A stretch of DNA of 55,051 nucleotides from positions 1-55,051 of the forward strand of contig JAHWJI010000003.1 in NCBI GenBank assembly GCA_019348495.1, given 5' to 3'. Source of the stretch: Actinomycetota bacterium. Lineage in GTDB: Bacteria > Actinomycetota > Acidimicrobiia > Acidimicrobiales > CADCSY01. Made by a program: the position numbers and the translations under genes. The notes beneath the pieces were generated by a model. It was not told the DNA's origin. It was given only the letters and a program-made list of their open reading frames with translations, and ran no database searches. Positions 49,815-55,051 of this stretch are shown one piece after another (positions within the stretch are counted from its first letter, which is position 1; each line of letters begins with the position of its first letter).

Positions 49815-51185
49815 GTGATCCCCATCGTCACCCCAGCGCAGATGGGAGAGGTCGACACCGCCGCCCCCGAGGCCGTGGAGGTGCTCATCGGTCGGGCCGG
49901 CGCCGCCGTGGCCCGCGCCGCGGTCGATCTCCTCGGCGGGGCCTACGGACGTCGGGTGACCGTGGTGGCGGGCAAGGGCAACAACGGGGCCGACGGGCGG
50001 GAGGCGGCCCGCCGGCTGCGCCGGCTCGGGATCCGGGTCGGGGTCATCGACGCCGCCGCCGACCACCGGGCCGTGCCCGCCTGCGACCTGGTCATCGACG
50101 CCGCCTATGGCACCGGGTTCCGGGGTGTGTGGCGCCCTCCCCATCCCCGGGGCGCGCCCGTGCTCGCCGTCGACATCCCCAGCGGGGTCGACGGGTGCAC
50201 CGGGGTGATCGAGGGTGAGGTCCTGGCCGCCGTCGCCACCGTGACCTTCGCCGCGCTGAAGCCCGGCCTGATGCTGGGCCGGGGACGGGAGGTGGCCGGC
50301 GCAGTGGAGCTGGCCGACATCGGCCTCGACGCCGGCACCGTGGCCCGAGCCCATCTGGTGACCGACGACGATGTGGCGGCCTGGCTGCCCGAGCGCCCGC
50401 TCGACAGCCACAAGTGGCGCGCCGCGGTGTGGGTGGTGGCCGGCAGCCCGGGCATGACGGGGGCGGCCACCCTCACCACCCGGGGCGCCCAGCGAGCCGG
50501 AGCTGGCTACGTGCGCCTGAGCACGCCGGGGGGCGTGCCCGGTGAGGGGTCCCCGCTCGAGGCGGTAGGCGTGCCCCTGCCCGGGCGGGGCTGGGCCGGC
50601 GAGGTGCTCGACGGCCTCGACCGCTTCGGCGGCGTGGTGGTCGGCCCCGGGCTCGGGCGCGATGACGCCGTCAGCGCCGAGGTCCGCCGGCTGGTGACGG
50701 ACAGCCCGGTGCCGGTGGTGGTCGACGGCGATGGCCTCGTCGCCCTCGGACCGCGACCCGTGGGGCTGACCGCCACCACCGTGTTGACACCTCACGACGG
50801 TGAGTACGCCCGCCTGGTCGGTCACCCACCTGGGCCCGACCGCCTGGAGGTCGCCCGGCGCCTGGCCGCCGACACCGGCGCCACCGTGTTGCTCAAGGGC
50901 CCGACCACTGTTGTCGCCGAGCCGGGAGGCGATGTCCTGGTGAGCGCCAGCGGGGGGCCCCAGTTGGCCACCGCCGGCACCGGCGATGTCCTGTCGGGCA
51001 TCCTCGCCGCCCTGCTGGCCACCGGGCTCGATCCGTTGCGGGCGACGGCGACGGCGGCCCACGTCCACGGCCGGGCCGCGAGCCTAGGCTGGCCCCGGGG
51101 GTTGGTCGCCGGCGATCTGGTCGACCTGCTGCCCGCCGTGCTCCCGCCCCCGCGCCCGCAACCGGCGCCCTCCAGTCCGAGGTAG
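49815..51185 (+). CDS. nnr: bifunctional NAD(P)H-hydrate repair enzyme (epimerase / ADP-dependent dehydratase)
   Basis: YjeF-N (VVAGKGNNGADG) plus C-terminal carbohydrate-kinase-like domain (GPGLGRD..., ATAGTGDVLSG). Confidence 0.88.
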   Translation: MIPIVTPAQMGEVDTAAPEAVEVLIGRAGAAVARAAVDLLGGAYGRRVTVVAGKGNNGADGREAARRLRRLGIRVGVIDAAADHRAVPACDLVIDAAYGTGFRGVWRPPHPRGAPVLAVDIPSGVDGCTGVIEGEVLAAVATVTFAALKPGLMLGRGREVAGAVELADIGLDAGTVARAHLVTDDDVAAWLPERPLDSHKWRAAVWVVAGSPGMTGAATLTTRGAQRAGAGYVRLSTPGGVPGEGSPLEAVGVPLPGRGWAGEVLDGLDRFGGVVVGPGLGRDDAVSAEVRRLVTDSPVPVVVDGDGLVALGPRPVGLTATTVLTPHDGEYARLVGHPPGPDRLEVARRLAADTGATVLLKGPTTVVAEPGGDVLVSASGGPQLATAGTGDVLSGILAALLATGLDPLRATATAAHVHGRAASLGWPRGLVAGDLVDLLPAVLPPPRPQPAPSSPR

Positions 51186-51190
51186 GCCAC

Positions 51191-51667
51191 ATGCCCCGCA
51201 CCACGCTCGTCCGCCAGGTCATGACCACCGACGTGGTGACCTTCGCCCCCGAGGAGTCCGTGACCGACGCCACCCGGCGACTGGTCGAGCGCGGTGTCGA
51301 CGGCGGTCCCGTGGTCGACGAGCACGGGCGCGTGGTGGGCATGCTGACCAGTGACGATCTGTTGGTGCAGGAGACAAAGCTGCACTACCCCACGGTGATC
51401 TCGCTGTTCGGCGCCTACCTGGAGCTGCCCTCCTCGCACCGCAAGTTCGAGGAGGACCTGCGCCGGGCGGTGGGGGCGACGGTGGCCGACGTCATGCACG
51501 CCGACCCGGTCACCTGCGCCGAGGACGACACGCTGGAGCAGGCCGCCACCCTCATGCACGAACACGGGGTCAGTCGCCTGCCGGTCACCTCCGACGGCCA
51601 GCTGGTGGGCATCATCGCCCGGGGCGACATCCTGCGGGCGGTGATGGGTCACAGCTCGACGACGTGA
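51191..51667 (+). CDS. CBS domain pair protein
   Basis: Two CBS repeats (VMTTDVVTFAPE...GGPVVDEHGRVVGMLTSDDLL; VMHADPVTCAED...RLPVTSDGQLVGIIARGDIL). Confidence 0.8.
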   Translation: MPRTTLVRQVMTTDVVTFAPEESVTDATRRLVERGVDGGPVVDEHGRVVGMLTSDDLLVQETKLHYPTVISLFGAYLELPSSHRKFEEDLRRAVGATVADVMHADPVTCAEDDTLEQAATLMHEHGVSRLPVTSDGQLVGIIARGDILRAVMGHSSTT

Positions 51668-51692
51668 CCGGCGTCGGACGGGTTGGCGGCAG

Positions 51693-52865
51693 GTGAGCGG
51701 GCGACCGGCCTGGGCCGAGGTCGACCTGGGGGCGGTGGCCGCCAACGTCCGGGCCCTCTGTGGCGTGGCCGCGCCGGCGGCGCTGTGCGCGGTGGTCAAG
51801 GCCGACGGCTACGGCCACGGCGCCGTGGCCGTGGCCCGGGCGGCGCTCGGCGCCGGGGCGTCGTGGCTGGCGGTGGCCATGGCCGGCGAGGCCGTGGCGC
51901 TGCGCAGCGAGGGGATCGACGCCCCCGTCCTGGTGCTGGCGGAGCCGTCGCCCGAGGAGCACGACACCGTGGTGGCGTTGGGGCTGCGGCCCAGCGTCTA
52001 CACCCCGGGGGGCATCCAGGGGCTGGCCCAGGCGGTGGCCCGGGCGGGGGCCGCACCGCTGCCGGTCCACCTGAAGGTCGACACCGGGATGCACCGGGTG
52101 GGCGCCGCTCCCACCGACGCGCTGGCCCTGGCCATGGCGGTGGCCGAGCGCCCGGAGCTGGTGCTCGAGGGGCTGTGGACCCACTGCGCGGTGGCCGACG
52201 AGCCGGCGCACCCGTTCACGACGGTGCAGGCGTCCCGCTTCGCTGCGGTGGTGGAGGAGCTGGCGGCTGCGGGTGTGCGACCCACGATCGTCCACGCCGC
52301 CAACTCCGCCGCCACCCTCGACCGCCCCGAGCTGCGGCTCGACCTGGTGCGCTGCGGCATCACCGTCTACGGGCTCGACCCCAGCCCGGCCCTGGGCGGG
52401 CGGGTGGCGCTGCGCCCGGCGCTGCGCCTCGCCGCCAGGGTCTCGCTGGTGCGCACCGTGGCCGCCGGCGACGGCCTGTCCTACGGGCTGCGCCACCGCT
52501 GCGCCCACGACTCGGTCATCGCCACCGTCCCCCTGGGCTACGCCGACGGGGTGACCCGGCGGCTTTCCGAGGTCGGAGCCGAGGTGCTCATCGGAGGAAG
52601 GCGACGGCCCATCGTCGGCACCATCACGATGGACCAGCTCCTCGTCGACTGCGGACCGCCCGGCGACCCCGACGCGACACAGGTCCAGCCCGGTGACGAG
52701 GTGGTCCTCATCGGCGAGCAGGGGGACCAGCGCGTCGGCGCCGGCGAGTGGGCCGAGCGCCTGGGCACCATCGCCTATGAGGTGGTCTGCGCCATCTCCG
52801 CCCGGGTGCCCCGGCGCTACGTGGAGGTCGACGTCAGCGACCCCGTCCGGGCCGTCGACGCCTGA
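51693..52865 (+). CDS. alr: alanine racemase
   Basis: AVVKADGYGHG PLP-lysine motif; LGYADG; GTITMDQL. Confidence 0.93.
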   Translation: MSGRPAWAEVDLGAVAANVRALCGVAAPAALCAVVKADGYGHGAVAVARAALGAGASWLAVAMAGEAVALRSEGIDAPVLVLAEPSPEEHDTVVALGLRPSVYTPGGIQGLAQAVARAGAAPLPVHLKVDTGMHRVGAAPTDALALAMAVAERPELVLEGLWTHCAVADEPAHPFTTVQASRFAAVVEELAAAGVRPTIVHAANSAATLDRPELRLDLVRCGITVYGLDPSPALGGRVALRPALRLAARVSLVRTVAAGDGLSYGLRHRCAHDSVIATVPLGYADGVTRRLSEVGAEVLIGGRRRPIVGTITMDQLLVDCGPPGDPDATQVQPGDEVVLIGEQGDQRVGAGEWAERLGTIAYEVVCAISARVPRRYVEVDVSDPVRAVDA

Positions 52866-52889
52866 TCTCACCCGGATACCATCGCCCGG

Positions 52890-53477
52890 GTGTCGGACCT
52901 GGCCGCCCTCGCCACCGAGGCCGCCTCCTGCACGCGCTGCCGTCTGGCCGAGGGGCGCACCCAGGTGGTCTTCGGCACGGGCCACCCGAGCGCCGACCTT
53001 CTCTTCCTGGGGGAGGGGCCGGGCGCCGACGAGGACGTCGCCGGCCTGCCCTTCGTGGGCCGATCGGGCAAGCTGCTCGACCGCATGATGGCCGAGGAGA
53101 TGGGCCTCACCCGGGCCGACTGCTACATCGCCAACATGGTCAAATGCCGACCTCCTGGCAACCGGGACCCCAGGCCCGACGAGATGGCGACGTGTCGTCC
53201 CTGGCTCGACGCCCAGCTCGAGCACATCGACCCTCGGGTGGTGGTGACGTTGGGCAACGTGGCCACCCGCACCCTGCTGGGGCGCCCAGAGGGGATCACC
53301 CGGCTGCGAGGCCAGGCCTACCCGTGGGACGGCCGGGTGGTCGTGCCCACCTACCACCCGTCGGCCGCGCTGCGGGGCACCCTCGGTGCCATGGCTGCCA
53401 TGCGCGCCGACCTGGTCCGGGCCAAGCAGGCGCTCGAGCGGGCGACGAGCGTGACCATCCGAAGCCGAGGGGGCTGA
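52890..53477 (+). CDS. family 4 uracil-DNA glycosylase
   Basis: CTRCRL..., LFLGEGPGADEDVAGLPFVGRSGKLL, VKCRPPGNRDP, HPSAALR. Confidence 0.85.
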   Translation: MSDLAALATEAASCTRCRLAEGRTQVVFGTGHPSADLLFLGEGPGADEDVAGLPFVGRSGKLLDRMMAEEMGLTRADCYIANMVKCRPPGNRDPRPDEMATCRPWLDAQLEHIDPRVVVTLGNVATRTLLGRPEGITRLRGQAYPWDGRVVVPTYHPSAALRGTLGAMAAMRADLVRAKQALERATSVTIRSRGG

Positions 53478-53968
53478 TGAGCCTGGCCGCCACCACCGCC
53501 GGCGTCGATCAGACCCGGGCCCTGGCCGGCGCCGTGTCGGGGTTGGTCCACGCCGGCGACCTGGTGCTGTTGGCCGGGGACCTGGGCACCGGCAAGACCG
53601 CCTTCGCCCAGGGCTTCGCCGCCGGCCTCGGGGTCGACGAGGCGGTGACCAGCCCCACCTTCACCCTGGTGCGCACCTATCCCGGCGGGCGCCTGGCCGT
53701 GAACCACGTCGACGTGTACCGCCTCGAGCGCCTCCAGGAGGCGGTCGACCTGGGCTTGGCCGAGATGGTCGACGACGACGCCGTCACCCTCATCGAGTGG
53801 GGTGATGTGGTCGTGCCCGCCCTGCCCGCCGACTTCCTGGAGATCCGCCTGGCCTACGGGGAGGGTGCCGGCGACGAGCGCCGGCTCACCCTGCGCACGG
53901 TCGGTCGGCGCTGGGCGGCGCGCCGGCGCAGCCTCGAAGCGGCGCTGGCCCCGTGGACGGTGGCGTGA
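53477..53968 (+). CDS. tsaE: tRNA t6A37 biosynthesis ATPase TsaE
   Basis: GDLGTGKTAFAQG P-loop, VTSPTFTL, HVDVYRL; ATG overlaps the udg TGA. Confidence 0.9.
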   Translation: MSLAATTAGVDQTRALAGAVSGLVHAGDLVLLAGDLGTGKTAFAQGFAAGLGVDEAVTSPTFTLVRTYPGGRLAVNHVDVYRLERLQEAVDLGLAEMVDDDAVTLIEWGDVVVPALPADFLEIRLAYGEGAGDERRLTLRTVGRRWAARRRSLEAALAPWTVA

Positions 53969-53969
53969 G

Positions 53970-54692
53970 GTGCTGGTCCTCGGCATCGAGACGGCCACTC
54001 CCCAGGTGGGCTGCGCCCTCGGCGCCCACGAGGGGGTGTTGGCCTCCTTCCACGCCTCCCGGGGTCGCCGTCACGCCGAGACCCTGGTTCCCGCCATCGA
54101 CTTCATCTGCCGCCAGGCCCGGGTGGAGCTGGACGAGATCGGCGCCATCGCCGCCGACGTGGGCCCGGGGCTGTTCACCGGGCTGCGAGTGGGGGTGGTC
54201 ACGGCCAAGGCCATGGCCCTGGCCCTGCGTGTGCCGGTCATCGGCGTGTCCAGCCTCGACCTGCTGGCCTTTCCGGTGCGCTGGACGCATCGCCGCATCG
54301 TCTCGGTGGTCGACGCCCGCCGGGGCGAGGTCTTCTACGGGTTCTACCGCCAGGTCCCCGGCGGGGTCCAGCGGCTGTCGGAGCACCGCATCGGCGATCC
54401 CGAGGAGCTGTGCTCGGAGATCTTGGCCACCGGCGACGAGTGCCTGGCCGTGGGCGATGGTGCCCTGCGCTACGCCGAGCAGCTCCAGGAGCTCACCCGG
54501 GTGGTCGTCGGCGACGCCGGCCTGGCCTACCCCTCGGCTGGCTCGCTGGTGCAGCTGGCCCACGCCCGGGCCCTGCGGGAGGAGTTCATCAACTCCTGGG
54601 AGCTGGCGCCTGTCTACCTGCGCAAGGCCGATGCCGAGATCAACTGGACGACCCGGGAGGACCCGGCGCCCCAGCCGGGCCCGTCGCCTTGA
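53970..54692 (+). CDS. tsaB: tRNA t6A37 biosynthesis protein TsaB
   Basis: VLVLGIETATPQVGCAL...GPGLFTGLRVGVVTAKAMA; GTG 53970, 1 nt after the tsaE stop. Confidence 0.9.
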   Translation: MLVLGIETATPQVGCALGAHEGVLASFHASRGRRHAETLVPAIDFICRQARVELDEIGAIAADVGPGLFTGLRVGVVTAKAMALALRVPVIGVSSLDLLAFPVRWTHRRIVSVVDARRGEVFYGFYRQVPGGVQRLSEHRIGDPEELCSEILATGDECLAVGDGALRYAEQLQELTRVVVGDAGLAYPSAGSLVQLAHARALREEFINSWELAPVYLRKADAEINWTTREDPAPQPGPSP

Positions 54693-54694
54693 CA

Positions 54695-55051
54695 ATGGCT
54701 GCCTCCGCCCACCTCCGCACTGATCGGTCCGACCTCGACGTGTGGGTGCTGCCCATGCGCCGGCGGCACCTGCGCTCGGTGCTGCGGGTCGAGCACCAGG
54801 TCTGCCCCCGGCCCTGGAGCACGGGGTTGTTCCTGGCCGAGATCGGCAGCCGGCCCGATCGCCACTACGTGGTGGCCCGGTCCGGTGGTGCGGTGATCGG
54901 CTACGCCGGGTTGATGGAGGCGGCCGGCGAGGGCCACGTGACCACCATCGCCGTCGCCCCGGACTGGCAACGCCGCAAGATCGGGACGCGGCTGCTGCTG
55001 GCGCTGGCCGGTTGGGCCGGCGAGCACCGGTGCAGCGCCCTCACCCTGGAG
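54695..55051 (+). CDS. rimI: ribosomal-protein-alanine N-acetyltransferase RimI, 3' end outside window
   Basis: Open to the window end; GYAGLMEAAGEGHVTTIAVAPDWQRRKIGTRLL GNAT motif; conserved tsaE-tsaB-rimI order. Confidence 0.85.
   Translation, partial: MAASAHLRTDRSDLDVWVLPMRRRHLRSVLRVEHQVCPRPWSTGLFLAEIGSRPDRHYVVARSGGAVIGYAGLMEAAGEGHVTTIAVAPDWQRRKIGTRLLLALAGWAGEHRCSALTLE

Overview
Visibly GC-rich window (third codon positions almost all G/C) with Actinomycetota-style gene order. It is almost entirely the conserved translation and transcription core. Left to right: acs (partial), hppA, htpX, an M23 peptidase and yajQ. Then a tRNA-Tyr/Thr/Met-rpmG cluster interrupted by a GNAT gene and an ECF sigma/anti-sigma pair. 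Then tRNA-Trp-secE-nusG-rplKA-rplJL-rpoBC, an orphan membrane protein, and the str (rpsL-rpsG-fusA-tuf), S10, spc and alpha operons. The right end carries truA, rplM-rpsI, glmM, a glmS-like gene, acpS, an amidase, nnr, a CBS protein, alr, udg, tsaE, tsaB and rimI (partial). I saw no CRISPR array, transposase, integrase or obvious defence island. Most long antisense or off-frame ORFs in the track are high-GC shadow ORFs. The unusual items are local deviations inside this conserved backbone:
1. A 1144-aa, double-length GlmS-like protein sits in the glmS slot.
2. A 15-bp tandem repeat forms an MSRE-repeat mini-ORF coupled by ATGA overlap to rplF.
3. A 3'-end fragment of map is duplicated downstream of map, and adk is missing from secY-map.
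4. rpsJ is cut off from rplC by terminators and an antisense DUF983 gene.
5. L22 has a roughly 150-aa basic-then-acidic tail with atypical codons and a DDGLGLFD motif.
6. acpS has its conserved N-terminus upstream of any canonical start codon.
All calls rest on reading the translated ORFs and the DNA by eye. No database search was run.
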